Shown: positions 7,668 through 15,192 of the stretch, piece after piece | Layout of the letters: the number at the start of each line of letters is the position of its first letter | How positions within the stretch are numbered: the stretch's first letter is position 1 | Source of the DNA: Escherichia phage SP27 | Reading direction: 5' to 3' (one strand) | Sequence record: LC494302.1 | DNA length: 64,000 nucleotides | Program-made: the position numbers and the translations under genes | Notes under the pieces: model-generated | The model's database searches: none | What the model saw: the letters and a program-made list of their open reading frames with translations, nothing else | Told to the model about the DNA's origin: nothing

Positions 7668-7688
7668 CTATAACCTGGAGTAATAAAA

Positions 7689-7919
7689 ATGACTAATATG
7701 TATATGACTGAAGTTAAAACCGTAAAAGATACTACCACGAATAAAACTACTTACTTACAGCGGATCTGTGGTGTATGGCAACGTATCAGCAAATCAAAGT
7801 ACTTTAAATTAACATCATATGCAAATCGTTCGGATTCATTCAGTACTGAAATAAAAGGTAATAAAGTACACCAATACGGCACTTATTATTATTATAGCCT
7901 GGACGCGATTGCAGTATAA
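7689..7919 (+). CDS. hypothetical protein
   Basis: 76 aa; SD GGAG 7677-7680; MTNMYMTEVKT. Confidence 0.8.
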   Translation: MTNMYMTEVKTVKDTTTNKTTYLQRICGVWQRISKSKYFKLTSYANRSDSFSTEIKGNKVHQYGTYYYYSLDAIAV

Positions 7920-7949
7920 GCAGTTTACAAATCTTTACAATTGCCGGTA

Positions 7950-8040
7950 TTGACTTATTTTGTCAGTACTGGCATAATGTATTCATTGGCAGATAAGCCG
8001 TAGCCCATAGGGTGCGGGAGTGTATCTATAGAAAAAGTAG
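7950..8040 (+). ncRNA. short promoter-driven noncoding unit (unit d)
   Basis: TTGACT 7950-7955 /17/ CATAAT 7973-7978; ...AGATAAGCCGTAGCCCATAGGGTGCGGGAGTGTATCTATAG; no ORF. Confidence 0.45.
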
Positions 8041-8122
8041 TTTAGTATAGTTACAATTGTGCACCCGGTGGGTTAGCTGTTGTCATGGGGTATATTATGC
8101 CAGTACTTGATAATGCTGTCAA
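8041..8122 (-). ncRNA. short promoter-driven noncoding unit (unit e), convergent with unit d
   Basis: Minus strand TTGACA (rc 8117-8122) /17/ CATAAT (rc 8094-8099); reads ...GCTAACCCACCGGGTGCACAATTGTAACTATAC. Confidence 0.45.
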
Positions 8123-8169
8123 TACTTTTTTTTTAATATTCAGTACTGAAAACTATTTTTAAAAAGTAC

Positions 8170-8197
8170 TTGCAAACTATGTTTAAAGGCGTATAAT
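8170..8197 (+). promoter_or_regulatory. early promoter (upstream of conserved leader)
   Basis: TTGCAA 8170-8175 /16/ TATAAT 8192-8197. Confidence 0.7.
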
Positions 8198-8203
8198 GTT
8201 TTA

Positions 8204-8287
8204 CATCAGGACGGGGAACGAAATAAGTAACTTCCCGTTAAGTAGCCCAGGAGTAAGGCACACGAAAAACTCCCCTGATAAAATAGT
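8204..8287 (+). ncRNA. conserved leader or short RNA of about 80 nt between tandem promoters
   Basis: No ATG; hairpin ACGGGGAA...TTCCCGT; near-identical copy at 19180-19260 with a compensated stem. Confidence 0.45.
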
Positions 8288-8315
8288 TTGACAATTGTTT
8301 TTAAAAGCGTATAAT
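8288..8315 (+). promoter_or_regulatory. sigma70-like promoter
   Basis: TTGACA 8288-8293 /16/ TATAAT 8310-8315; ATG 8348. Confidence 0.7.
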
Positions 8316-8347
8316 ACTTACATCAACTACTGAATGAGGGTTACAAA

Positions 8348-8959
8348 ATGAAAACTATCACTACTACTACTTATGTTATGGCTTTTTCTGAATTGAACGC
8401 AGAACAACAAACGTCAGCTATCGAACTGGTTCGGGAACGTGAAAAAAACTTAAACGATGATTATTTTTCTGAAAGTGAAATTGAATACTATAAAGAAACA
8501 GTACTACCGGAATATGGCATTAATGACGCTGAAATACAATTCAGTGGCTTTTGGTCCCAGGGTGACGGTGCATCAATCAGTACTGACCACGTTGACGCAG
8601 TGAAGTTTTTACGCAAGGTAAGAGCATTAACTAAGTATCGCTCAATCCGTCACTTGCTGAATGAAGATGATTTGGCGATGAGTGTAAAGCGTTCGCACTC
8701 CCACTACTCGCATGAGAATACTGTAAGCGGGTACATTGAATCGGCTTACACTGATTTAACCGCAAAACAAGAAACGTTAGTTAATGAGCTTGAGGAACTA
8801 CTCACTGAAACTATTCGTGAATTATCCCGCAAGTTGTACCGTGATTTAGAGAATGCATATGAGGATCAATTCACTACTGAAAACATTACGGCACTGATTG
8901 AGGGTAACGAATATCAATTCAATGTTATTGATGGAGTAGTAGAATCAATCGAATATTAA
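8348..8959 (+). CDS. hypothetical protein
   Basis: 203 aa; SD GAGGG; acidic; contains FSGFWSQGDGA motif that I cannot assign to a named family. Confidence 0.85.
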   Translation: MKTITTTTYVMAFSELNAEQQTSAIELVREREKNLNDDYFSESEIEYYKETVLPEYGINDAEIQFSGFWSQGDGASISTDHVDAVKFLRKVRALTKYRSIRHLLNEDDLAMSVKRSHSHYSHENTVSGYIESAYTDLTAKQETLVNELEELLTETIRELSRKLYRDLENAYEDQFTTENITALIEGNEYQFNVIDGVVESIEY

Positions 8960-8971
8960 TTTAAAAAGTAC

Positions 8972-9031
8972 TTGCAAACTAAGTTTAAAAGCGTATAATA
9001 CTTTATATCGAGGCGGGGAGTGGTTCCCCGC
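8972..9031 (+). promoter_or_regulatory. early promoter + 5' hairpin cassette
   Basis: TTGCAA 8972-8977 /16/ TATAAT 8994-8999; hairpin GCGGGGA...TCCCCGC 9013-9031. Confidence 0.75.
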
Positions 9032-9049
9032 TCAAACGAGGATTTAAAA

Positions 9050-9289
9050 ATGGCTAGTACTAAAACTTACAACGGACACAAAAACAAAACTCATTGGAAT
9101 GTAAGCCTTTGGATTAATAACGGTGAGTCATTGTATCGGCTTGCTCAAAGTTGCATCGCACAAAGTAGAACTAAAGATATTGCTGCGGAATGTATGTACC
9201 GCAGATTAAAAGCCAACGGTACTACTACAACGCCGGACGGCTTTAAGTATAGCACTACTGCGATCCGTGCTGCAATGGTTGGAATGTAA
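9050..9289 (+). CDS. hypothetical protein (paralog of 7009..7248)
   Basis: 79 aa from MASTKTYNGHKNKTHWNVSLWINN; track start 9020 runs through hairpin. Confidence 0.85.
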   Translation: MASTKTYNGHKNKTHWNVSLWINNGESLYRLAQSCIAQSRTKDIAAECMYRRLKANGTTTTPDGFKYSTTAIRAAMVGM

Positions 9290-9328
9290 TATTCAGTACT
9301 GAGATAATGGCGGGAACTATTACCCGCC
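9279..9328 (+). promoter_or_regulatory. weak promoter + 5' hairpin
   Basis: TTGGAA 9279-9284 /18/ GATAAT 9303-9308; hairpin GGCGGG...CCCGCC 9309-9328. Confidence 0.45.
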
Positions 9329-9346
9329 TTTACTGAGGGTTATCTA

Positions 9347-9634
9347 ATGAGTAAAGTAATAAAGTACAATGTGTTAAGCAAATCATTGTCTATCAGTGAA
9401 TGCACCGATGGTTTTTGGATGTACGATGAAACGCGTGGCATGAATTTAGCTATGCGTGCAAAAACTGCTGAGGCGGCGTATATTCAAGCACTGGAATACT
9501 ACCAGGAACGTTTGAAGGAAGTAGAAGAAGATTATAAAAGCCTCAAAGCGAAAGTAGATCATTTCGTCGGTCAATTCGTGGAAGACAACGACGAGGACGG
9601 GCACTACTGCGACCGTTGCGGATCTTACAGTTAA
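9347..9634 (+). CDS. hypothetical protein
   Basis: 95 aa; SD GAGGG; coiled-coil-like middle; C-term HYCDRCGSYS. Confidence 0.8.
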   Translation: MSKVIKYNVLSKSLSISECTDGFWMYDETRGMNLAMRAKTAEAAYIQALEYYQERLKEVEEDYKSLKAKVDHFVGQFVEDNDEDGHYCDRCGSYS

Positions 9635-9651
9635 GTACTAAGGATTATATA

Positions 9652-9864
9652 ATGAGTGATTTAATTGAACGTATCAAAGAGCTTGAAGAAAAAGAATTGC
9701 AGTTGATCGGGTTACGGAATAAAGTATTCCATGATTTAGGTGGCTTTATTAATGCCTGGGATAGTGGCGATCCTGATGCGTTACCTGCTAACCGCCAGGC
9801 GATGATCAATGATGTGCGTGGTGTCTTTGATTATGTTTTAAAAGTACTAGACACTAAGCAATAA
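9652..9864 (+). CDS. hypothetical protein
   Basis: 70 aa from MSDLIERIKELEEKE; SD AAGGA; track start 9616 overlaps upstream gene. Confidence 0.75.
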   Translation: MSDLIERIKELEEKELQLIGLRNKVFHDLGGFINAWDSGDPDALPANRQAMINDVRGVFDYVLKVLDTKQ

Positions 9865-9875
9865 AGGCGTATAAT
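9848..9875 (+). promoter_or_regulatory. sigma70-like promoter
   Basis: TAGACA 9848-9853 /16/ TATAAT 9870-9875. Confidence 0.55.
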
Positions 9876-9925
9876 ACTTTATATTGGTACTGACAAACAT
9901 TATAAGCGATGCAGGAGCTTTAATC

Positions 9926-10111
9926 ATGACAACATTATCTGAGGTTATCCGCGATCAAGCTGCAAAGGCTGGAATGACTGTTATCAATGTAGGGATCAAG
10001 ATTGAGATCTCCCCTAACGAGTTGCAAGGGATTCCCGATCCTACTAGCTGGGATCGTGCTGGGCGAATGATGAGTAATGCTTCATTACTGGACGGTACAA
10101 AATTTAATTAA
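9926..10111 (+). CDS. hypothetical protein
   Basis: 61 aa from MTTLSEVIRDQAAKAG; SD GCAGGAG 8 nt upstream; track start 9884 would precede the likely TSS. Confidence 0.7.
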   Translation: MTTLSEVIRDQAAKAGMTVINVGIKIEISPNELQGIPDPTSWDRAGRMMSNASLLDGTKFN

Positions 10112-10118
10112 AAAGTAC

Positions 10119-10178
10119 TTGCAATTAGTTTTCAGTACTGTATAATGGTTTACATCAAAGGGAGAAATGGTTCTCCCT
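10119..10178 (+). promoter_or_regulatory. early promoter + 5' hairpin cassette
   Basis: TTGCAA 10119-10124 /16/ TATAAT 10141-10146; hairpin AGGGAGAA-ATGG-TTCTCCCT 10159-10178. Confidence 0.75.
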
Positions 10179-10196
10179 GGTAATGAGGAAAATACA

Positions 10197-10418
10197 ATGG
10201 CTAATATCACTACTCTTTCCCAACTGGAAGCACTGGTTAAATCTATGCGGGAACATGCCGACAAAATCGGCGTACAAGATCCAGCCGTTTGCTTCTGCGA
10301 CGAATTGAATGATGATACACTGGTAATAGCAGAAGTCCAGGACGTTTCTAACTATTCCTCGCGTTACACTGGCGGCGTAGCAAATAAAGGTGACTTCTGT
10401 TTATACCTTACAAAATAA
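10197..10418 (+). CDS. hypothetical protein
   Basis: 73 aa from MANITTLSQLEAL; SD GAGGAA. Confidence 0.8.
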   Translation: MANITTLSQLEALVKSMREHADKIGVQDPAVCFCDELNDDTLVIAEVQDVSNYSSRYTGGVANKGDFCLYLTK

Positions 10419-10421
10419 CAA

Positions 10422-10455
10422 CGCGGGGAGATAATAACTCCCCGTTACTTTTTCA
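10422..10455. terminator. intrinsic terminator (possibly bidirectional)
   Basis: CGGGGAG 10424-10430 / CTCCCCG 10438-10444 then TTACTTTTT; A/T-rich on both sides. Confidence 0.7.
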
Positions 10456-10464
10456 GTACTGAAT

Positions 10465-10553
10465 CATTTAATAGACGGATCTCGGCACCCGGTGGGTTAG
10501 TGACTGTTTCGTCTTGATGTAGTAATTATGCCAGTACTGGATGCACTTGTCAA
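10465..10553 (-). ncRNA. short promoter-driven noncoding unit (unit f)
   Basis: Minus strand TTGACA (rc 10548-10553) /17/ CATAAT (rc 10525-10530); reads CATCAAGACGAAACAGTCACTAACCCACCGGGTGCCGAG. Confidence 0.45.
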
Positions 10554-10586
10554 CAACTATTTTTCAAATACTTTTTATTAAAATAC

Positions 10587-10641
10587 TTGCAATTAGTTTT
10601 TAAACGCGTATAATGTTTTGCATAGGGGGAGCGGTTCCCCT
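10587..10641 (+). promoter_or_regulatory. early promoter + 5' hairpin cassette
   Basis: TTGCAA 10587-10592 /16/ TATAAT 10609-10614; hairpin AGGGGGA-GCGG-TTCCCCT 10624-10641. Confidence 0.75.
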
Positions 10642-10661
10642 GGTAACTAAGGAATAATAAA

Positions 10662-10898
10662 ATGCTTGAACAAATCAAATCAACGTCTGCGAATGTAACG
10701 GGAACGGTTGTACACTTTACTAGTGATGAATCGCGGGGCGTTCCCTATTGTGCTGTACATGTAAACACTGATGGCAACTACTGGTTTACGGTTTACGGAT
10801 CATATTCATTTGGACGGCCAGGGCATCAAAAAATTCTGGATAAAGTACAACCAACGGGTAAAAATATCACTGCCGAAATGTTTTATAAAAAATCATAA
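10662..10898 (+). CDS. hypothetical protein
   Basis: 78 aa; SD AAGGAA; MLEQIKSTSANVTG. Confidence 0.8.
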   Translation: MLEQIKSTSANVTGTVVHFTSDESRGVPYCAVHVNTDGNYWFTVYGSYSFGRPGHQKILDKVQPTGKNITAEMFYKKS

Positions 10899-10903
10899 AG
10901 TAC

Positions 10904-10963
10904 TTGCAATTAGTTTTTAGTACTGTATAATATTTTACATCGCAAGGGGAAACGGTTTCCCCT
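10904..10963 (+). promoter_or_regulatory. early promoter + 5' hairpin cassette
   Basis: TTGCAA 10904-10909 /16/ TATAAT 10926-10931; hairpin AGGGGAA-ACGGT-TTCCCCT 10945-10963. Confidence 0.75.
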
Positions 10964-10982
10964 GGTAACTAAGGATAATCAA

Positions 10983-11282
10983 ATGAAAATTGCAATCATC
11001 GCCCTGGCTTTATCTGTTTCCTCTTTCGCTGTTAATGCGTCGTTAGATGTAAGTAGTGAAAAATTCATTCAGTGCACTGTTGCAATGACCGATGAAAGAA
11101 CTGGCGAGATTGTATTAAAGGATTTAGAGATCCAGCCGGAAGCATTTAAAAACGGCCCGTTCCATGAAGAAGACGAAAACGGTAGCACGACAATTTATTA
11201 TGATGCCAGTTCCAAGCGTGGATCGGTCACTGTAATGGATACTGAGAAAGTAACACACACAGGCGTTATTAATTGCCGTTGA
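10983..11282 (+). CDS. secreted or periplasmic protein (Sec-type signal peptide)
   Basis: 99 aa; MKIAIIALALSVSSFAVNA then SLDV: basic N-term, hydrophobic core, A-x-A-like site. Confidence 0.8.
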   Translation: MKIAIIALALSVSSFAVNASLDVSSEKFIQCTVAMTDERTGEIVLKDLEIQPEAFKNGPFHEEDENGSTTIYYDASSKRGSVTVMDTEKVTHTGVINCR

Positions 11283-11303
11283 TAGATACTACGGGGTAAC
11301 ATC

Positions 11304-11534
11304 ATGACTAAGCGAATTGTTTTACTTAACGAAAGCAGTACTACACAACTACTTAACGCCGTGCATTATGATATTGAAACGAGCGTTAATCTTATCAGTA
11401 CTGTAGTACTGTTGGACACTGGAAAGGTCGCCAATGATAAAGCGATTGCAGGTATATTAACGGATCTTGAGCCTGGTAGCAGTGCACCCATAACGTTAAA
11501 TGGTAAAGTGTTTAATATTTTACTCACTGATTAA
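11304..11534 (+). CDS. hypothetical protein
   Basis: 76 aa; SD ACGGGG; MTKRIVLLNESS. Confidence 0.75.
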   Translation: MTKRIVLLNESSTTQLLNAVHYDIETSVNLISTVVLLDTGKVANDKAIAGILTDLEPGSSAPITLNGKVFNILLTD

Positions 11535-11540
11535 GTACAT

Positions 11541-11566
11541 AGCCCACCAGGTGGGCTTTTTTGTTT
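11541..11566 (+). terminator. intrinsic terminator
   Basis: AGCCCAC-CAG-GTGGGCT 11541-11557 followed by TTTTTTGTTTTT. Confidence 0.85.
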
Positions 11567-11616
11567 TTATAGTATCGTAGTACTGAGATACTTTGAAAAT
11601 AGTTTTAAGAAAGTAG

Positions 11617-11644
11617 TTGACATTACCACAGAAAAGCGTAGAAT
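11617..11644 (+). promoter_or_regulatory. sigma70-like promoter with long leader
   Basis: TTGACA 11617-11622 /16/ TAGAAT 11639-11644; leader of about 115 nt begins CATCAAGACGGGGAGCAC, loosely like the 8204 and 19180 leaders. Confidence 0.6.
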
Positions 11645-11767
11645 GTATTACATCAAGACGGGGAGCACTAAGTAGACCGCCAGTAAGTCGAACGAAAAAC
11701 TGGACACGTCGAGAAAACTTTGATACACTAATAAACGTAAACTAAACTTTAATTGAGGATTTATAAA

Positions 11768-12250
11768 ATGGCTAATGTAAAATCATTCATCAAAGCACTG
11801 GTAGCAAATGAAACTAACGTCGCGGCTGAGATCCTGGCTGAACTGGATAACGATACCATGAAAGCGGTACGCAATAATTTTAACATCGCGTACAGTACTG
11901 CGAAAGAACTACAAGCAAATAAAGCGGCAGAAATTGAAGCGGCAAAGGCGGCCCGTGAAGCAGAACTACAAGCAACAATCGAAAGTATCCAGGCGGCGGT
12001 GTCTGGATTGGATCTGGAAGTGGTTGTGGAAATGGCACATAAAGCCCTGGCGGTTAAGTATGGTGAAGATAAGCCAGAATCTAAACCTAAAAAATGGATT
12101 CAAGAACGTGTTACTGTAGTACTTGATAACGGGGAAGAACATATGATTCCTGTACGCGGTAACTGCATTGCGGTAGTACTGGACGCTATCAAAGAAAGCG
12201 GTATGACTCGCGAGGAATGGATCGAAGCTCATCGCAAAGTTGAAGCATAA
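11768..12250 (+). CDS. hypothetical protein (Ala/Glu-rich helical segment)
   Basis: 160 aa from MANVKSFIKALV; SD GAGGA; AAEIEAAKAAREAELQATIESIQAA. Confidence 0.8.
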   Translation: MANVKSFIKALVANETNVAAEILAELDNDTMKAVRNNFNIAYSTAKELQANKAAEIEAAKAAREAELQATIESIQAAVSGLDLEVVVEMAHKALAVKYGEDKPESKPKKWIQERVTVVLDNGEEHMIPVRGNCIAVVLDAIKESGMTREEWIEAHRKVEA

Positions 12251-12271
12251 CAATTAAAGTACTGAATCACT

Positions 12272-12299
12272 AGCCCACCTTAAACAGTGGGCTTTTTTG
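12272..12299 (+). terminator. intrinsic terminator
   Basis: AGCCCAC 12272-12278 / GTGGGCT 12287-12293 then TTTTTTG. Confidence 0.85.
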
Positions 12300-12452
12300 T
12301 GTCTGTAGTATTCCAGTCCACCAGCACCGCCTAGAATCGATTCTAACGCATTAAACTGATTATCTGATGCATTGCCCTAGCTGGTGGCGTGAAGGTCGTT
12401 AGAATGCGATTGAGAGCGTTTAAAGTATTTTGCAAAAAGTAATAAAAAGTAC

Positions 12453-12512
12453 TTGCACGATTAAGAGATTAGCGTATAATGTTTTACATCGAGAGGGGGA
12501 AACGGTTCTCCT
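12453..12512 (+). promoter_or_regulatory. early promoter + 5' hairpin cassette (wobble-rich stem)
   Basis: TTGCAC 12453-12458 /16/ TATAAT 12475-12480; AGGGGGA...TTCTCCT 12494-12512 with two G-U pairs. Confidence 0.65.
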
Positions 12513-12535
12513 TCCAAATCAAAGGAATCAAAACA

Positions 12536-12763
12536 ATGGCTATTATCATTACTCGCGTATCTGGTACTACTGGCAACGAACAAGTAGTTGCAGTCATTAC
12601 CAACAAGGAAGGTGCGGAATTGCAAAATGCAATGAATACCTGGGCCGTTAATGAGTTCGGTCAGTGGGCAAGTGTAGCATACATTGAAACCTATCAAGTG
12701 CCGTCGATTAGTTTAACTGATTTGGGCGTTGAGCGTATCCTTTGCCTGGATGAATTAAATTAA
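12536..12763 (+). CDS. hypothetical protein
   Basis: 75 aa from MAIIITRVSGTTGNEQ; SD AAAGGAA; track start 12479 lies in the -10 element. Confidence 0.8.
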   Translation: MAIIITRVSGTTGNEQVVAVITNKEGAELQNAMNTWAVNEFGQWASVAYIETYQVPSISLTDLGVERILCLDELN

Positions 12764-12771
12764 AAAAGTAC

Positions 12772-12831
12772 TTGCAAAGTAAATCGAATAAAGTATAATA
12801 CATTACATCAAGGGGAGAAATGGTTCTCCCC
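12772..12831 (+). promoter_or_regulatory. early promoter + 5' hairpin cassette
   Basis: TTGCAA 12772-12777 /16/ TATAAT 12794-12799; hairpin GGGGAGAA-ATGG-TTCTCCCC 12812-12831. Confidence 0.75.
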
Positions 12832-12848
12832 ACTACAAGGAAACTAAA

Positions 12849-12992
12849 ATGAAAACTTGTCAATGTGGTCAGAAATCTATTACGGGTTTAAAGCGGGGCG
12901 TTGCTCTTTGCCAGTACCATTATAATTTACAAGTATGGGGTAAAGAATGGGCCGACCAGGTGGAAGCAGCAAAGAAAGCAAAAAGTAAGTAA
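12849..12992 (+). CDS. small Cys-rich protein (possible zinc ribbon)
   Basis: 47 aa, below track cutoff; hand-translated MKTCQCGQKSITGLKRGVALCQYHYNLQVWGKEWADQVEAAKKAKSK; SD AAGGAA; own promoter cassette. Confidence 0.6.
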   Translation: MKTCQCGQKSITGLKRGVALCQYHYNLQVWGKEWADQVEAAKKAKSK

Positions 12993-13011
12993 AAATATTA
13001 TCACAGTACTA

Positions 13012-13040
13012 TTGACATAGTTTGATAGTACTGGCATAAT
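13012..13040 (+). promoter_or_regulatory. type-B promoter flanked by AGTACT inverted repeat
   Basis: CAGTACTA-TTGACA 13012-13017 /17/ CATAAT 13035-13040 preceded by GATAGTACTGG; no 5' hairpin. Confidence 0.7.
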
Positions 13041-13073
13041 AGATTTTATCAAGACAACTAAGAGGAAATTAAA

Positions 13074-13418
13074 ATGGCTAACATCAATACTATAGCAGCA
13101 CAAAATATCAACCTGTCTTCTGTTGAAGTTGTACACATTGCCGCCCGGCGTTGGTTCCAGGCGTCTTATGGTAATACTTATTTCTCTTTAACGGTAGATG
13201 TTGAAATCAATGGCGAATTTATTGAAGTAGTAAACGTGCCGTTCCAATATGGCTACGGGGATCATTTTGACACTGTAGCAATGGAAGAATTTAGCAAGGT
13301 TATTAATATGGAAGGTAAAGAGTTTTTACGCGGTTCTTATCTTTCCCGTTTTTGCCGTGATAATAATATCACTGTTTATAGTTCGGTAACTGATGTTAAA
13401 CGCAAAAAAGATCTTTAA
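13074..13418 (+). CDS. hypothetical protein (paralog of 19957..20280)
   Basis: 114 aa; shared GNTY[FH]S ... YGYG ... DVKRKKD[LM]. Confidence 0.85.
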   Translation: MANINTIAAQNINLSSVEVVHIAARRWFQASYGNTYFSLTVDVEINGEFIEVVNVPFQYGYGDHFDTVAMEEFSKVINMEGKEFLRGSYLSRFCRDNNITVYSSVTDVKRKKDL

Positions 13419-13498
13419 TTAGCTTTACTTTATGCAGATACTTTGATATAGTGTCTGCATAGGGGAAAGAAATTAAATTAACTTAAGAGGATAGTATA

Positions 13499-13768
13499 AT
13501 GAAAAATATCAGTACTTTAATCGATGCAGGTACACATGTTCGGCGGTCTATGGTTGCAACCAGTACTACAAAACAAGTAGCGAGCGGTTATCTTGTATTT
13601 GTGCACGATGGAAAACTCCTGGAACGTTCAATCAATTTTGATGTTAAAAACAATTGCCGTTTTATTATCTTTAAGCGTGAGCAATATAAAATTGATTTAC
13701 CAGCAAAGCCCATTAGTGGGGCGTACAACGTGCAATCAATGTTTGAACGTCAACCATACACCTATTAA
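13499..13768 (+). CDS. hypothetical protein
   Basis: 89 aa; SD AAGAGGA; MKNISTLIDAGTH. Confidence 0.8.
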   Translation: MKNISTLIDAGTHVRRSMVATSTTKQVASGYLVFVHDGKLLERSINFDVKNNCRFIIFKREQYKIDLPAKPISGAYNVQSMFERQPYTY

Positions 13769-13819
13769 TCAAAACATCGTTAGCGGTCGATTCAGGCCGC
13801 TTATATTGGGGATTATACC

Positions 13820-14092
13820 ATGAACGTTAATCAAGTACTGAATGAGATCGAAAGCATCATTAAACCGATGAAGCGTACTGATGCTATGTTAACACCGGAA
13901 GAATGCCGCCTTTATGAGCGTTACAGCGTCGAACAAGTCCAGGCAATGGCTATGGCTACCCCAGCCGTTAAACCGCCTGAGAATGCGTTACAGGACGTTA
14001 CAGGGGATTATATCATCAATCCAGTACTAGGGAAGATGGCTGCAATCACCGAAGATCAACAAGACTACTTAAGCCAGTACTTAAAAGGTTAA
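13820..14092 (+). CDS. hypothetical protein
   Basis: 90 aa; SD-like GGGGA; MNVNQVLNEIESI. Confidence 0.75.
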   Translation: MNVNQVLNEIESIIKPMKRTDAMLTPEECRLYERYSVEQVQAMAMATPAVKPPENALQDVTGDYIINPVLGKMAAITEDQQDYLSQYLKG

Positions 14093-14097
14093 TTAAT

Positions 14098-14307
14098 ATG
14101 CTTACTGTACAGGATAAGATCGACATCTTAAAGGTTAATATGTATGTGATTGATGCAGTACCTGGTAAAGTATTTGCATACGATGATAGTACTGTAAGCG
14201 ATTTCTACTATAGCCAGGCCGTGGGGGATCTTTCTGTACAGTCGGTTATTGAAAACGTAGTTAATGCAGCGTATGAGCATTTACTTTCAAATAGTACTTG
14301 CAATTAG
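14098..14307 (+). CDS. hypothetical protein
   Basis: 69 aa; starts 5 nt after upstream stop; 3' end overlaps next -35 element. Confidence 0.75.
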   Translation: MLTVQDKIDILKVNMYVIDAVPGKVFAYDDSTVSDFYYSQAVGDLSVQSVIENVVNAAYEHLLSNSTCN

Positions 14308-14357
14308 TTTTTAAACGCGTATAATGTTTTACATGAAGGGGAGAAATGATTCTCCCC
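14298..14357 (+). promoter_or_regulatory. early promoter + 5' hairpin cassette
   Basis: TTGCAA 14298-14303 /16/ TATAAT 14320-14325; hairpin GGGGAGAA-ATGA-TTCTCCCC 14338-14357. Confidence 0.75.
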
Positions 14358-14376
14358 ACTAATTAAGGAATATGAA

Positions 14377-14523
14377 ATGAAAGCATCAAAAAAGAGTACT
14401 AACAAGAAAGCACGTTCAACCTTAGATGGGGTATTCCCTTTACGTTTCGTTGATGAAGTGGTTTCCTACCCGCCTGGCCTTACTCCTGAGATGGTAGAAA
14501 GTTTGCGTAAATCTAAAAAATAG
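14377..14523 (+). CDS. small hypothetical protein
   Basis: 48 aa, below track cutoff; hand-translated MKASKKSTNKKARSTLDGVFPLRFVDEVVSYPPGLTPEMVESLRKSKK; SD AAGGAA; sole ORF behind its cassette. Confidence 0.6.
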   Translation: MKASKKSTNKKARSTLDGVFPLRFVDEVVSYPPGLTPEMVESLRKSKK

Positions 14524-14526
14524 TAC

Positions 14527-14586
14527 TTGCAATTAGTTTTTAGTACTGTATAATGTTTTACATAGAGGGGGGAAATGGTTCTCCCC
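14527..14586 (+). promoter_or_regulatory. early promoter + 5' hairpin cassette
   Basis: TTGCAA 14527-14532 /16/ TATAAT 14549-14554; hairpin GGGGGGAA-ATGG-TTCTCCCC 14567-14586 (one G-U). Confidence 0.75.
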
Positions 14587-14604
14587 AATAACAGGAGAAA
14601 CAAA

Positions 14605-14757
14605 ATGAAACAATACAACGCTCGGTTTGATGTTACTATCGGCAACGGTAAAGGTCAATTCTCTTTCAGTACTCGACGCAGTTATACAGAAAACTTCCTG
14701 CGTAATTGTGCACTGACCGCCGCACAAATTAAACATTACTTTCAGGCTAAAAAATGA
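14605..14757 (+). CDS. small hypothetical protein
   Basis: 50 aa from MKQYNARFDVTIG; SD CAGGAG; track start 14575 lies in hairpin. Confidence 0.7.
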   Translation: MKQYNARFDVTIGNGKGQFSFSTRRSYTENFLRNCALTAAQIKHYFQAKK

Positions 14758-14843
14758 GATCATTAGCTTATTACAGTTCGGCCCTGGTCGGTGCATTGAT
14801 CGCGGCGTTGTTAGTAACCTATCTATTCTTTATGGTGATTTAA
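14754..14843 (+). CDS. 29-aa hydrophobic peptide (single TM helix)
   Basis: ATGA overlap with upstream stop; hand-translated MRSLAYYSSALVGALIAALLVTYLFFMVI. Confidence 0.4.
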   Translation: MRSLAYYSSALVGALIAALLVTYLFFMVI

Positions 14844-14981
14844 ATGAATCCTAACGGTATAATTTACAGTACTCCTAAAACGAAAGCAGACAAGGTAAAC
14901 GCTAAAAAAGCGAAAGTAAAGGAGTACATCAAGCAAGGCATGACGCGAAAGGCGGCGATTCTAAAAGCTAAAAATAAATGA
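14844..14981 (+). CDS. small basic protein
   Basis: 45 aa; ATG abuts previous stop (TAAATG); MNPNGIIYSTPKTKADKVNAKKAKVKEYIKQGMTRKAAILKAKNK. Confidence 0.45.
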   Translation: MNPNGIIYSTPKTKADKVNAKKAKVKEYIKQGMTRKAAILKAKNK

Positions 14982-14983
14982 AA

Positions 14984-15075
14984 AAAGTGGTTGACTTCGG
15001 TCAGCCATTTTGCTATTATATATTCATTGAGAGATAGCTCACTAGCCCACAGGGTGCAGGAGTGTATCTATTGTA
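14984..15075 (+). ncRNA. short promoter-driven noncoding unit (unit g) with promoter embedded in a terminator-like hairpin
   Basis: Hairpin TGGTTGAC-TTCG-GTCAGCCA holds TTGACT 14991-14996 /17/ TATTAT 15014-15019; ...GAGATAGCTCACTAGCCCACAGGGTGCAGGAGTGTATCTATTG. Confidence 0.45.
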
Positions 15076-15112
15076 TAATGTTTGAGTACTTAAAACTATT
15101 TTTAAAAAAGTA

Positions 15113-15172
15113 CTTGCAAACTATCTCAATAAGCGTATAATGTTTTACATCGCAAGGGGAAACGGTTTCCCC
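15113..15172 (+). promoter_or_regulatory. early promoter + 5' hairpin cassette
   Basis: TTGCAA 15113-15118 /16/ TATAAT 15135-15140; hairpin AGGGGAA-ACGGT-TTCCCCT 15154-15172. Confidence 0.75.
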
Positions 15173-15192
15173 TAGTAATAAGGAAACAAATC

